From an uncultured Lentisphaeraceae bacterium (GTDB taxonomy: Bacteria; Verrucomicrobiota; Kiritimatiellia; RFP12; UBA1067), in contig CAYNVE010000002.1 in assembly GCA_964400635.1 (NCBI GenBank), positions 1 to 41,172 of the forward strand: a stretch of 41,172 bases of DNA, in the 5' to 3' direction. Shown one piece after another: positions 20,524 to 28,927 of the stretch. Position numbers and translations under genes: made by a program. The notes beneath the pieces were generated by a model. It was not told where the DNA came from. It did no database searches and saw only the letters and a list, made by a program, of their open reading frames with translations. Position 1 is the stretch's first letter. Every line of letters starts with the position of its first letter.

Positions 20524-21707
20524 CGCGTCTTGAGCATCTTCGCCATCCGCTCAACGGCGAGGTGGAGCTTCTCCATCGATGTCGCATAGGACATGCGGAC
20601 AAACCCCGCGCCGCACGCGCCGAACGCGCTGCCCGGGACGACGGCGACGCCAAACTCTTTCAAGAGCCGCATCGCGAAGTCCTCGTCGGAAAGTCCCGTC
20701 GCGCGGATGTCGGCGAAGATATAGAATGCGCCCTGCGGCATGACCGTCTTGAGCCCCATCTCGTTCAGCGCGCCGACGAGATAGTCGCGGCGGCGGCGGT
20801 ACTCGCGGCGCATGCGCGCGACATCCTTGTCGCCATGATCCATCGCTTCCACGCCCGCAGCTTGCGAAAGCGTCGGCGCGGACATAATGCCGTACTGGTG
20901 AATCTTCATCATCGCGTCGATGATATCCTCAGGCCCACATGCGTAGCCGAGACGGAAGCCCGTCATCGCCCACGACTTCGAGAAGCCGTTGAGAAGAATG
21001 ACGCGCTCGCGATATTCGGGGAACGACGCGAACGAGACGAGGGGTTTTGTTTCGTCCGCGGGGTCTTCGCCGATTGCCGCGTAGTTCAATTCCGAATAGA
21101 CTTCGTCCGCGAGGAGGATGAGGTCATGTTGCTCGACGAATTCAAGAATCGCTTTTATTTCGCTTGGCGCAAGCACGGCGCCCGTCGGGTTGCACGGAAA
21201 ATTGAGGAGGAGCGCCTTCGTCTTCGGGGTCACCTTTTTCTCGAGGGCCTCAACCGTCAGGCGGAAGGCATCCTCAACATGCGTCTCCACGACAACGGGC
21301 TGCGCGTGCGCGAGGCGGATGGTCGCCGCATACGAGACGAAGCACGGCTCGTGGTAGAGCACTTCATCGCCCGGCGCGCAAATGGCGCGAATCGCGAGGT
21401 CGATCGCCTCCGAGACGCCGACCGTCGCAAGAACCTCCTTCTGCCAGTCGAACGTCGCGTTGAAGCGGCGAGATAAGTAGCGGCAGATCGCTTGGCGGAG
21501 GGCGGGCGTTCCGAGGTTCGAGGTGTAGTGCGTGCCGCCGTCTTCGAGACAGGTCACGGCCGCGCGCGCGATGTGCCAGGGCGTGTCAAAGTCTGGCTCG
21601 CCCACGCCGAGCGAGACGATGTCCTTCGACTGCGCGACGATGTCGAAGAACTTTCGAATTCCGCTCTTCGGGAGGACGGCGACGTGACTGGCGACTCGCG
21701 TGCGCAT
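20520..21707 (-). CDS. PLP-dependent aminotransferase, class I/II (aspartate/alanine aminotransferase-like)
   Basis: GVGEPDFDTP, NPTGAV and the PLP-lysine context NGFSKSWAMTGFRLGY. Confidence 0.88.
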   Translation of the reverse strand: MRTRVASHVAVLPKSGIRKFFDIVAQSKDIVSLGVGEPDFDTPWHIARAAVTCLEDGGTHYTSNLGTPALRQAICRYLSRRFNATFDWQKEVLATVGVSEAIDLAIRAICAPGDEVLYHEPCFVSYAATIRLAHAQPVVVETHVEDAFRLTVEALEKKVTPKTKALLLNFPCNPTGAVLAPSEIKAILEFVEQHDLILLADEVYSELNYAAIGEDPADETKPLVSFASFPEYRERVILLNGFSKSWAMTGFRLGYACGPEDIIDAMMKIHQYGIMSAPTLSQAAGVEAMDHGDKDVARMRREYRRRRDYLVGALNEMGLKTVMPQGAFYIFADIRATGLSDEDFAMRLLKEFGVAVVPGSAFGACGAGFVRMSYATSMEKLHLAVERMAKMLKTR

Positions 21708-21714
21708 GCTTTTT

Positions 21715-22893
21715 TTAAGCGCGGCAGAGCTCGTCGGCGAGCGCGTGGATGGCCGCGCGTGACGAATCGTCGAGCGCGCTCCGAATGGTGACGGTCGTCT
21801 CGCAGAACGCGATGTTCTTTGACTTCTCGAACATTCCCTTCATCACCTTCGCGGCCGTCGGTGCCCACGAGCCGTTCTCGATGAGGCCAATCGTGCGGTT
21901 CTGGTAATTGCGTTCAACGAGGTGCGTGATGAACGTGCGCATGAACGGAAAGATTTCCATGTTGTACGTCGTCGTCGCGAGAACAATCTTGCCGTAGCGG
22001 AAGGCATCTTCGACCGTTTCGAACATCTCATCGCGTGCGAGATCGGCGACAACGACCTTGGCGCAACCCTTTGCCTTCAGCGCGGCGGCGAGCGCCTCGA
22101 CGGCCGCCTTCGTGTGACCGTAGACAGATGTGTAGGCGATGAGAACACCTTCGGACTCGACAGCGTAACTCGCCCAGGTCGTGTACTGTTTCAGCGCGTG
22201 ACCAATCGCTTCGGGCGTGTCAAGGACGGGGCCGTGGAGCGGGCAGATCGTCTTGATGTCGAGCGTGGCGGCCTTCTTGAGGAGGTTCGTGACATTGAGG
22301 CCGTACTTGCCGACGATGCCGAAGTAGTAGCGGCGCGCCTCGCAGTCCCAGCCCTCGGGGTCCTCGACGTCGTTCGCGCCGAACTTGCCGAAGCCGTCCG
22401 CCGAGAAGAGAACCTTGTCCGTCTGGTCGTAGGTGACGATGACCTCGGGCCAGTGCACCATCGGCGCGCCGACGAACGCGAATGTGTGCCGCCCCGTCGT
22501 GAGTGTGTCGCCTTCTTTGACGACGATGCGGCGGTCGGCAAAGTCCGTGCCGAAGAAGTTCTTCATCATCGCGAACGCGGGGGCGGAGGCGACGACCTTC
22601 GCCTCAGGGTAGGCGGCGAGGAAGGTCGCGACATTCGCCGAGTGGTCTGGCTCCATGTGTTGGACGACGAGGTAGGCGGGCGTCTTGTCGCCGACCGTCG
22701 TCTTCACATTCGCGAGCCAGGCCTCGCCAAAGCGCGCGTCCACCGTATCAAAGACGGTGATTTCATCGTCGAGGACGACATAGGAGTTGTAGGCCATCCC
22801 GCGCGGAACGGGATACTGCCCTTCGAAGAGGTCGACCGCGTGGTCATTGACGCCGACGGCGCGGATGTCCGAGGTGATTTTCATAGTATCCAT
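21715..22893 (-). CDS. fprA: flavodiiron protein (FprA-type A-type flavoprotein; metallo-beta-lactamase-like + flavodoxin-like domains)
   Basis: Di-iron ligand motif VVQHMEPDHSAN. C-terminal flavodoxin-like IAYTSVYGHTK. 392 aa. Confidence 0.88.
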   Translation of the reverse strand: MDTMKITSDIRAVGVNDHAVDLFEGQYPVPRGMAYNSYVVLDDEITVFDTVDARFGEAWLANVKTTVGDKTPAYLVVQHMEPDHSANVATFLAAYPEAKVVASAPAFAMMKNFFGTDFADRRIVVKEGDTLTTGRHTFAFVGAPMVHWPEVIVTYDQTDKVLFSADGFGKFGANDVEDPEGWDCEARRYYFGIVGKYGLNVTNLLKKAATLDIKTICPLHGPVLDTPEAIGHALKQYTTWASYAVESEGVLIAYTSVYGHTKAAVEALAAALKAKGCAKVVVADLARDEMFETVEDAFRYGKIVLATTTYNMEIFPFMRTFITHLVERNYQNRTIGLIENGSWAPTAAKVMKGMFEKSKNIAFCETTVTIRSALDDSSRAAIHALADELCRA

Positions 22894-22903
22894 TTGACTA
22901 TGT

Positions 22904-22912
22904 ATTTTATCA
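22904..22912 (-). promoter_or_regulatory. extended -10 element TGATAAAAT (minus strand) with TTTACA -35 at 17-nt spacing; drives the fprA operon, near-leaderless
   Basis: The minus strand reads ccTTTACAgtcaaaggcgaaacTGATAAAATacatagtcaaATG. The hexamer ends 11 nt before ATG 22893. Confidence 0.5.
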
Positions 22913-23005
22913 GTTTCGCCTTTGACTGTAAAGGATGGGCTCGGGGTCGAAGATTCAATGACGCGACATTCTGCGCATCATCACATGTGTCAGAATAAGG
23001 GGGTT

Positions 23006-23021
23006 TGTGGTATAATTCACA
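23006..23021. promoter_or_regulatory. inverted repeat TGTGG-N6-TCACA (CRP/FNR-type geometry; also resembles a Rex box TTGTGGT-N4-TTCACAT), centred on the -10 hexamer
   Basis: tTGTGGTATAATTCACAt. 9 of 10 half-site positions match TGTGA-N6-TCACA. Confidence 0.35.
23008..23016 (+). promoter_or_regulatory. extended -10 promoter element (TG)TGGTATAAT; hexamer ends 9 nt before ATG 23025 (leaderless-type)
   Basis: ggtTTGTGGTATAATtcacatttATG. No SD. Confidence 0.5.
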
Positions 23022-23024
23022 TTT

Positions 23025-24254
23025 ATGAAATTCAAACAAGCCATCATCTGGACGATTGCCCTCGTCATCGGCGCCGCGCTCGGTTGCCTCAACAACGTTC
23101 CCCTCAACCACTTCATGGACTTCGTCGCGTCCGCCTATACGCGATGCTTCCAGTTCGCCGCCGTGCCGACGGTCGCGCTCGCGATTTTGACGGCGATGGC
23201 GTCCCTCGGCGAAGGCAAGAGCATGGGGCGCGTCTTCGCGAAGACGCTCTCGATGACCGTCTTCACGTCGCTGCTCGCCGCGCTCATCGGCATGGGGCTC
23301 TACCTCCTCATCCAGCCCGGCAACCTCTCGCCCGAGGTGCTCTCGGGCGTCTCCGACGCCGCGAAGGGCACGATCGCGAAGATGGCGGAGACGCCGGACA
23401 CGGTCTACGGCCACATCCTGAACGCGATTCCGAACAACCTCGTGAACCCGTTCCTGACGGGCAACGTGCTGCCGGTCGTGCTGATCTCCGCCGCGCTCGG
23501 CATCGCGATCGCCGTCCTCGAGAAGAACAGCGAGAACGTGAAGACGCTTCACCACGCGCTCTGCGGACTGCAGGAGGTCTTCTTCGGGCTCATCAAGGGC
23601 CTCATCTGGGCCTTGCCCGTCGGCATCGTCGCGTTCGCCGCGCAGCTCGCCGCGCAGATGTCCGCCGGCGTCGTCGTCGGCTCGATCGGCAAGTACGTGC
23701 TGATTGTCCTCGGCGGAAACCTCATTCAGTTCTTCATCGTCCTGCCGCTCGTCTGCTTTGCGCGCGGCGTGAACGGCTACAAGGTGATGCGCCAGATGAC
23801 GCCGGCCCTCTTGATGGCACTCTTCACGAAGAGCTCGGCGGCGACGCTCCCCGTCACGGTCGCGACGGCGGAGCGCAACATGAAGGCGAAGCCGTGGATC
23901 GCGCGCTTCATCCTGCCGCTCTGCTGCACGATCAACATGAACGGCTGCGCGGCGTTCATCCTCGTGACGTCCCTCTTCGTGATGCAGAACTCGCCCGAGT
24001 GCGGCATCGCGCTGACGATCCCGACGATGCTCGTGTGGTGCCTCATCGCCGTCATCTGCGCGATCGGCAACGCGGGCGTCCCGATGGGCTGCTACTTCCT
24101 CACGCTCTCGCTCATGGCGGGCGTGGGCGGCAACCTTATGATTCTCGGCGTGATCCTGCCGATCTACACGATTATCGACATGATCGAGACGGCCGAGAAC
24201 GTGTGGAGCGACTGCTGCATTTGCGCCATCGTTGACAAGTCCACGGTGGAATAG
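23025..24254 (+). CDS. dicarboxylate/amino acid:cation symporter (DAACS family)
   Basis: 409 aa, multi-TM. Family motifs FTKSSAATLPVT and CCTINMNGCA. Confidence 0.88.
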   Translation: MKFKQAIIWTIALVIGAALGCLNNVPLNHFMDFVASAYTRCFQFAAVPTVALAILTAMASLGEGKSMGRVFAKTLSMTVFTSLLAALIGMGLYLLIQPGNLSPEVLSGVSDAAKGTIAKMAETPDTVYGHILNAIPNNLVNPFLTGNVLPVVLISAALGIAIAVLEKNSENVKTLHHALCGLQEVFFGLIKGLIWALPVGIVAFAAQLAAQMSAGVVVGSIGKYVLIVLGGNLIQFFIVLPLVCFARGVNGYKVMRQMTPALLMALFTKSSAATLPVTVATAERNMKAKPWIARFILPLCCTINMNGCAAFILVTSLFVMQNSPECGIALTIPTMLVWCLIAVICAIGNAGVPMGCYFLTLSLMAGVGGNLMILGVILPIYTIIDMIETAENVWSDCCICAIVDKSTVE

Positions 24255-24263
24255 CCCCCCCCC
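24255..24263. repeat. C9 homopolymer immediately after the transporter stop codon, about 30 nt upstream of the prfB -10 element
   Basis: taGCCCCCCCCCacg. This is the longest homopolymer I noticed in the window. Confidence 0.8.
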
Positions 24264-24291
24264 ACGCCAGGCGCCGCCTCGTCTGGAGATT

Positions 24292-24300
24292 TGGTATAAT
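24292..24300 (+). promoter_or_regulatory. extended -10 promoter element TGGTATAAT; hexamer ends 10 nt before prfB ATG 24310 (leaderless-type)
   Basis: gatTTGGTATAATagacacgttATG. No SD. Confidence 0.5.
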
Positions 24301-24309
24301 AGACACGTT

Positions 24310-25446
24310 ATGGCAGAAGAGACAAAAGAGAAGTTGCTTGAGGTCGAGGGCGTTCGTCAGAAGATCGATGACTTGGGACGGCGCGTCGGCGAGATGGCCG
24401 ACTACATCAAGGTGGGCGAGCGGCGCGCGCGCCTCGCGGATCTCGAGGCACAACAGGCGCAGGGAGATTTTTGGAACAACCAAGCGAAGGCGAAGGAGGT
24501 CATCGCCGCAACGAACGCCGAGCGCGCCTATGTCGTGCCGTTCACCGCGCTCGAGAAGTCCGTCGAAGATGCTCGCGTCATGCTCGAACTCGCTGAGATG
24601 GAGGAGGGCGAGGCGCAGCAGGCGGCTCTTAAGGACACGCTCGGTGAATGCGCGAAGGCCGAGGACTACTTCTCAAAACTGCGCCTCCAGTCGCTTCTTG
24701 GCGGTAAGTTCGACGCGTGTAATGTCTTCGTGAAGCTTCACGCGGGTCAAGGCGGCACCGAGGCGTGCGACTGGGTGTCGATGCTCTACCGTATGTACCA
24801 ACGCTACGCCGAAAGCCAGGGGTGGAAGGTTGAGGAATACGATGTGCAGGAAGGCGAGGAGGCGGGCTACAAGGACGTCTACTTTAAGGTCGAAGGTCCT
24901 TACGCATTCGGGATGCTCAAGGCCGAGCGCGGCATTCATCGGCTCGTGCGCATCTCGCCGTTTGACGCGAATAAGCGTCGCCAGACGTCATTCGCCTCGG
25001 TTGAGACGGTCGCAGAAATCAACGACGATATTGACGTTGAGATCAAAGACGAGGATCTTCGCATTGACACCTACCGTTCTGGCGGCGCGGGCGGCCAGCA
25101 CGTCAACAAGACCGACTCGGCCGTGCGCCTCACGCACCTGCCGACCGGCATCGTCGTCGCCTGCCAGAAGGAACGCTCGCAGCACATGAACAAGGAGAAG
25201 GCGATGAACATGCTGCGCGCCCAGCTCTACGAATACTACGAAGACCAGAAGAAGGCCGAGATGGACCGCTTCTACGGCGCGAAGTCCGAGAACGGCTGGG
25301 GCTCGCAGATCCGCTCCTATGTCTTCTGCCCCTACACGATGGTCAAGGATCTTCGCACCGAATGCGAGACGAGCGATGTCAACGCGGTGATGGACGGGCA
25401 CATCCAGCCGTTCGTCGAGGCGTGGCTGCAGATGAAGGCGAAATAA
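24310..25446 (+). CDS. prfB: peptide chain release factor 2, encoded in a single uninterrupted frame
   Basis: The SPF tripeptide (RISPFD) and GGQ motif (SGGAGGQHVNKTDSAVR) are present. No in-frame UGA or +1 frameshift site near codon 25. Confidence 0.93.
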   Translation: MAEETKEKLLEVEGVRQKIDDLGRRVGEMADYIKVGERRARLADLEAQQAQGDFWNNQAKAKEVIAATNAERAYVVPFTALEKSVEDARVMLELAEMEEGEAQQAALKDTLGECAKAEDYFSKLRLQSLLGGKFDACNVFVKLHAGQGGTEACDWVSMLYRMYQRYAESQGWKVEEYDVQEGEEAGYKDVYFKVEGPYAFGMLKAERGIHRLVRISPFDANKRRQTSFASVETVAEINDDIDVEIKDEDLRIDTYRSGGAGGQHVNKTDSAVRLTHLPTGIVVACQKERSQHMNKEKAMNMLRAQLYEYYEDQKKAEMDRFYGAKSENGWGSQIRSYVFCPYTMVKDLRTECETSDVNAVMDGHIQPFVEAWLQMKAK

Positions 25447-25449
25447 GCG

Positions 25450-25782
25450 TTGGAGAACACGAATCTCTACGGTCGGGCGACGGGGCTTCGCGAACGCGGC
25501 AGGCACGCCACGTTTCAGAGTGCGCTTGACGCCGTCTTCGCCAAGTTGACGCGCGAGACGAATCCGTTCTACGACCGAATCTGCGCCGAGTGGCCCACGC
25601 TCTTTCCGGACCTCGCCGTCCGCCCGGGGCGCTTCGAGGGCGGCATCATCTTTCTTTATGTGCGAAGCGCGGCCGCGCTCTTTGCGATGCGCCCCAAGCT
25701 GCGGCAGATTAAATCGCGTCTTTTGGCATTGCCGGGCGCACCGAAGAAACTTGAGATAAGGCTGGAGGCGCACGCATCATGA
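25450..25782 (+). CDS. DUF721 (DciA-like) domain protein
   Basis: 110 aa. ICAEWPTLFPDLAVRPGRFEGGIIFLYVRSAAALFAMRPKLRQIKSRLLAL fits the DUF721 pattern (W..l.p....P.....g.L.l.V.s......L......I...L). The TTG start is uncertain. Confidence 0.5.
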   Translation: MENTNLYGRATGLRERGRHATFQSALDAVFAKLTRETNPFYDRICAEWPTLFPDLAVRPGRFEGGIIFLYVRSAAALFAMRPKLRQIKSRLLALPGAPKKLEIRLEAHAS

Positions 25783-27206
25783 TTCTCGCGCTCCTCCTCG
25801 CGGCGACGTTTTCGCGTCCGCTTGAGCGCGTCTCGTCCATTGACCCCTTTGAGGCGCAGTCGGGCTATGACGCGCGCGTCGTGGGGCTCCTCTACGAGAC
25901 GCCGCTCGCGATCGACTATGCCGCGCGCCCCTACCGCCTCGTGCCAGGCTACTGCCAACTCCCCGAGGTGAGCGCGGACGGCCGCGTCTACCGCCTCGCG
26001 GTGGGGGCCGACCCGCGTTGCGCGGAGGATGTTGTGCGTACGCTCACGCGCCTCAAGGACCCGACGGGCCCGAACGGCTGGCTCGTGCAGGATGTTGAAA
26101 GCGTGAAGGCTCTTTCGCCGAAGCTTGTTGAGATTCGCCTAAAGCGCCCCGTTGACTACTTCCCGTGGCTTCTCGCGTGCGCGGGCGCGGCGGTGCGCGC
26201 GGCCGACGGCGGGGGGACGGGGCCCTACCGCCTCGCGCATTGGCGCAAGAATCACGAGATGGTCTTTAAACGCAAGACGCCCGATGCCGCGGGCTTTGAC
26301 ACGATTCGCTACCTCGTCATCGATGACCTTTCGACGCAGTGGCTTATGTTCCTCCGTGGCGAGCTCGATTTCTTGGGCGAGGTTTCGCGCGACAACTGGG
26401 ATATGATCGCGACAAAAGACGGAACGATTCAGCCGAGCCTCGCCGCGAAGGGCATCGCGCTTCATTCCTTCCCCGCGCTTGAGTCGCCTTACATCGGTTT
26501 CAACATGAAAGATCCCGTCGTGGGGACGAACAAGAAACTCCGTCAGGCGCTCAACTGCGCGTTCGACTACCCCGCGTGGGAGGCGTTCTATAACGGGCGC
26601 ATCGCCGAGAGCACGGGCCCCTTGCCGCCGGGCGTCGAGGGGCGGATCGACGCGCCGCTTCCCTACCGCTTCGACCTCGCGCGCGCGAAGCGGCTTCTCG
26701 CCGAGGCGGGCTACGCAGAGGGCATCGACCCGAAGACGGGGCGGCGGCTCGTCCTCACGCTCGCGATTGGTCGCCCCGACCAGTCGAGCCGCGAGATGGG
26801 CGAACTGCTCGCTTCATTCTACGACAAGATTGGCATCAAACTCGAACTCGCGTTCATGACCTGGGATGCGTATTTGACGGCTGTCAACGAAGGGCGCGTT
26901 CAGATGTACTATCTCATCTGGGTTATGGACTACCCGCACGCGCAGAATATCCTCCAACTTTTCTATGGGCCGAACCGCTCGCCGGGTGTCAACCACTCGA
27001 ACTATGAGAACGCCGCCTACGATGCGGCATACCGCGCGGGCGACTACCGCCTCTGTCAGGAGATTCTGCGCGAGGACTGCCCCTGGATCTTCACGCACTA
27101 TCGCAAGGACTCGACGCTCACGGGGCCGCGCGTCGGCAACTACATTCCGAGCGACTTCCCCTACGGCATCGAGTCGTTTTTCAAGTATCGCAAGGAGGAA
27201 AGATGA
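25779..27206 (+). CDS. ABC-transporter substrate-binding protein, family 5 (peptide/nickel/opine type), orphan
   Basis: 475 aa. It shows a typical SBP_bac_5 layout (DPFEAQSGYDARVVGLLYETPL..., LVIDDLSTQWLMFLRGELDF, MYYLIWVMDYPHAQN). No permease or ATPase genes are adjacent. Confidence 0.75.
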   Translation: MILALLLAATFSRPLERVSSIDPFEAQSGYDARVVGLLYETPLAIDYAARPYRLVPGYCQLPEVSADGRVYRLAVGADPRCAEDVVRTLTRLKDPTGPNGWLVQDVESVKALSPKLVEIRLKRPVDYFPWLLACAGAAVRAADGGGTGPYRLAHWRKNHEMVFKRKTPDAAGFDTIRYLVIDDLSTQWLMFLRGELDFLGEVSRDNWDMIATKDGTIQPSLAAKGIALHSFPALESPYIGFNMKDPVVGTNKKLRQALNCAFDYPAWEAFYNGRIAESTGPLPPGVEGRIDAPLPYRFDLARAKRLLAEAGYAEGIDPKTGRRLVLTLAIGRPDQSSREMGELLASFYDKIGIKLELAFMTWDAYLTAVNEGRVQMYYLIWVMDYPHAQNILQLFYGPNRSPGVNHSNYENAAYDAAYRAGDYRLCQEILREDCPWIFTHYRKDSTLTGPRVGNYIPSDFPYGIESFFKYRKEER

Positions 27207-27733
27207 CGACGCTCTATCTTGAACGCTCGGTTTCGTCGGGACGCAACGGAGGATGGGTTGAGGAAATTTCTCTTGACCCACCACCCGACCGCATCGTCGT
27301 GGGGACGGGACCAGGGAGTTTCGCAGGCATTCGCTCAGCGATCGCCTTCGCGCAAGGCTATGCGCTCGGTCGGCCGTGCGAGGTGTTGGGCCTCCCGTCC
27401 CCGTGCGCGCTTGCAGGCGAGGGGCGTCTCGCGGTTGTCGGCGATGCGCGGCGCGGCATGGCCTGGGTCGCGCTCTTTGATGGCTTTGAGATGAAGGGCG
27501 ATGTCTTTCAGGTGCCGCAGGCGGATCTCGCGAAGGCCGTTCCGGCCGACTTCGCCGTTGTCACGCCCGATGCCGCGCGCATCGAGCCGCTTCTCGCCGC
27601 GACGTTCGGCGCGCGCTACAAGGGCGGGCGTACGCCGACGGCGGAGGGGCTCAAGGCCTTCGCTGAGGTCCATCCCGCCATCTTAAAACCTGAGCCGCTT
27701 CCAATCTACCTGAACCCGGCCGTGCGCAGCTGA
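27203..27733 (+). CDS. tsaB: TsaB-like protein (tRNA t6A biosynthesis), N-terminally shortened
   Basis: IVVGTGPGSFAGIRSAIAFAQGYAL matches the TsaB GPGSFTG(L/I)R motif. Only about 35 residues precede it, against about 65 in typical TsaB. 176 aa in total. Confidence 0.65.
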   Translation: MTTLYLERSVSSGRNGGWVEEISLDPPPDRIVVGTGPGSFAGIRSAIAFAQGYALGRPCEVLGLPSPCALAGEGRLAVVGDARRGMAWVALFDGFEMKGDVFQVPQADLAKAVPADFAVVTPDAARIEPLLAATFGARYKGGRTPTAEGLKAFAEVHPAILKPEPLPIYLNPAVRS

Positions 27734-27754
27734 CGCCACGAAAAAGCAAATCTT

Positions 27755-27763
27755 TGATATAAT
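27755..27763 (+). promoter_or_regulatory. extended -10 promoter element TGATATAAT; hexamer ends 10 nt before ppiB ATG 27773 (leaderless-type)
   Basis: tctTTGATATAATagaaaaattATG. No SD. Confidence 0.5.
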
Positions 27764-27772
27764 AGAAAAATT

Positions 27773-28270
27773 ATGAACGCGATTATCGAGACAACGCTTG
27801 GGACACTCACGCTTTCGCTGGACGCGGAGAAGGCGCCCGAGAGCGTGGCGAACTTCGTCCAGTACGCGAAGGATGGTCACTATGACGGCACGATTTTCCA
27901 CCGCGTAATCGACGGCTTCATGATTCAGGGCGGCGGCTTCACGAAGGAGATGAACCAGAAGCCGACGCGCGCGCCGATCCGCAACGAAGCGATGAACGGG
28001 CTCAAGAACCGCCGCGGCACGATCGCCATGGCGCGCACGAGCGTCATTGACTCGGCGACGAGCCAGTTCTTCATCAACCTCGTTGACAATGACTTCCTCG
28101 ACTTCACCGCGCCGACGACGCAGGGCTTCGGCTATGCGGTTTTCGGTACGGTTACCGACGGCATGGATGTCGTCGACGCGATTGCGAAGGCGAAGACGGG
28201 CTTCGTCGGGCCCTACCAGAATGTCCCGGAGGAGGCCATTGTCATTAAGAAGGTGACGATCGAGGGTTGA
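27773..28270 (+). CDS. ppiB: peptidyl-prolyl cis-trans isomerase, cyclophilin type
   Basis: [22 protein letters not shown] and SQFFINL motifs. 165 aa. Confidence 0.93.
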   Translation: MNAIIETTLGTLTLSLDAEKAPESVANFVQYAKDGHYDGTIFHRVIDGFMIQGGGFTKEMNQKPTRAPIRNEAMNGLKNRRGTIAMARTSVIDSATSQFFINLVDNDFLDFTAPTTQGFGYAVFGTVTDGMDVVDAIAKAKTGFVGPYQNVPEEAIVIKKVTIEG

Positions 28271-28341
28271 TTTCGCCCTCTAAAAAGCATATACTAAAAG
28301 AATACGACCCAAAATCCCATAAAACAGAAGGAGTCCCGAAC

Positions 28342-28911
28342 ATGAAGAAGTTGCTGTCCCTCGCGCTCGTTTCGATGATCGCCCTGCCGCTCGTGGCTGA
28401 CGAAGAGGATGTGAAGGTCGTGCGCGCGACCGAGCAGACGGAGACCGAGAAGAACGAGGTGCGCGATGTGTGGCCGGCGTATCTGGCGATTTGCCAGTGG
28501 CCGCGCACGGCTGACGTGGTGGGCCTTCGCCTGACGATTCCTTTCTCAACCGCGCAGGAGAATGTGACGGGTCTCGATCTCGGCCTCTGGGGTCAGTCGA
28601 CCTACTTTGAGGGCATTCAGGTGAACATTCTGCGCAACGATGTCATTGACGGCGGCGCGGGCTTCCAGATCGGCCTCTACAACTCGGTCGGCAGCGGTGA
28701 GCTTCTCGGCATTCAGGTCGGCCTCTGGAACGAGGCGATGAGTTTCGGCGGTCTTCAGGTTGGTCTCATCAACGTCGTCGGTGAGGGGCGCGGCTTTCAG
28801 GTTGGCCTCGTCAACCGTGCCGACACCTTGAGCGGCTATCAAGTCGGCCTCATCAACGTCATTCGCGACGCCGAGTTGCGCTTCTTCCCGCTCATCAACA
28901 TCGGCTTTTAA
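28342..28911 (+). CDS. exported repeat protein with six or more G-x-Q-V-G-L-x-N units
   Basis: Signal peptide MKKLLSLALVSMIALPLVA. Repeats: GLDLGLWGQS, GIQVNILRND, GFQIGLYNSV, GIQVGLWNEA, GLQVGLINVV, GFQVGLVNRA and GYQVGLINVI. Ends in INIGF. SD gaaggag lies before ATG 28342. Confidence 0.75.
   Translation: MKKLLSLALVSMIALPLVADEEDVKVVRATEQTETEKNEVRDVWPAYLAICQWPRTADVVGLRLTIPFSTAQENVTGLDLGLWGQSTYFEGIQVNILRNDVIDGGAGFQIGLYNSVGSGELLGIQVGLWNEAMSFGGLQVGLINVVGEGRGFQVGLVNRADTLSGYQVGLINVIRDAELRFFPLINIGF
28516..28863 (+). repeat. in-frame degenerate tandem repeats (about 45-60 nt period) encoding G-x-Q-(V/I)-G-L-x-N units
   Basis: Recurrent ggc.t.cag gt. ggc ctc ... aac codon blocks, as seen in the translation above. 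Confidence 0.7.
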
Positions 28912-28927
28912 AAAAGGCGGCCTTGGC

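Noticed and set aside
24310-24400. Looked for the programmed +1 frameshift site (CUU UGA C preceded by an internal SD) that is typical of prfB.
   Set aside because: The RF2 reading frame is continuous from ATG 24310, with no in-frame UGA near codon 25. Frameshift-independent prfB genes are known in many bacteria, so this is not unusual.
28290-28295. TATACT hexamer upstream of the repeat-protein gene, as an additional promoter.
   Set aside because: It lacks the TG extension shared by the other ten elements and has no clear -35. It is plausible but not supportable.
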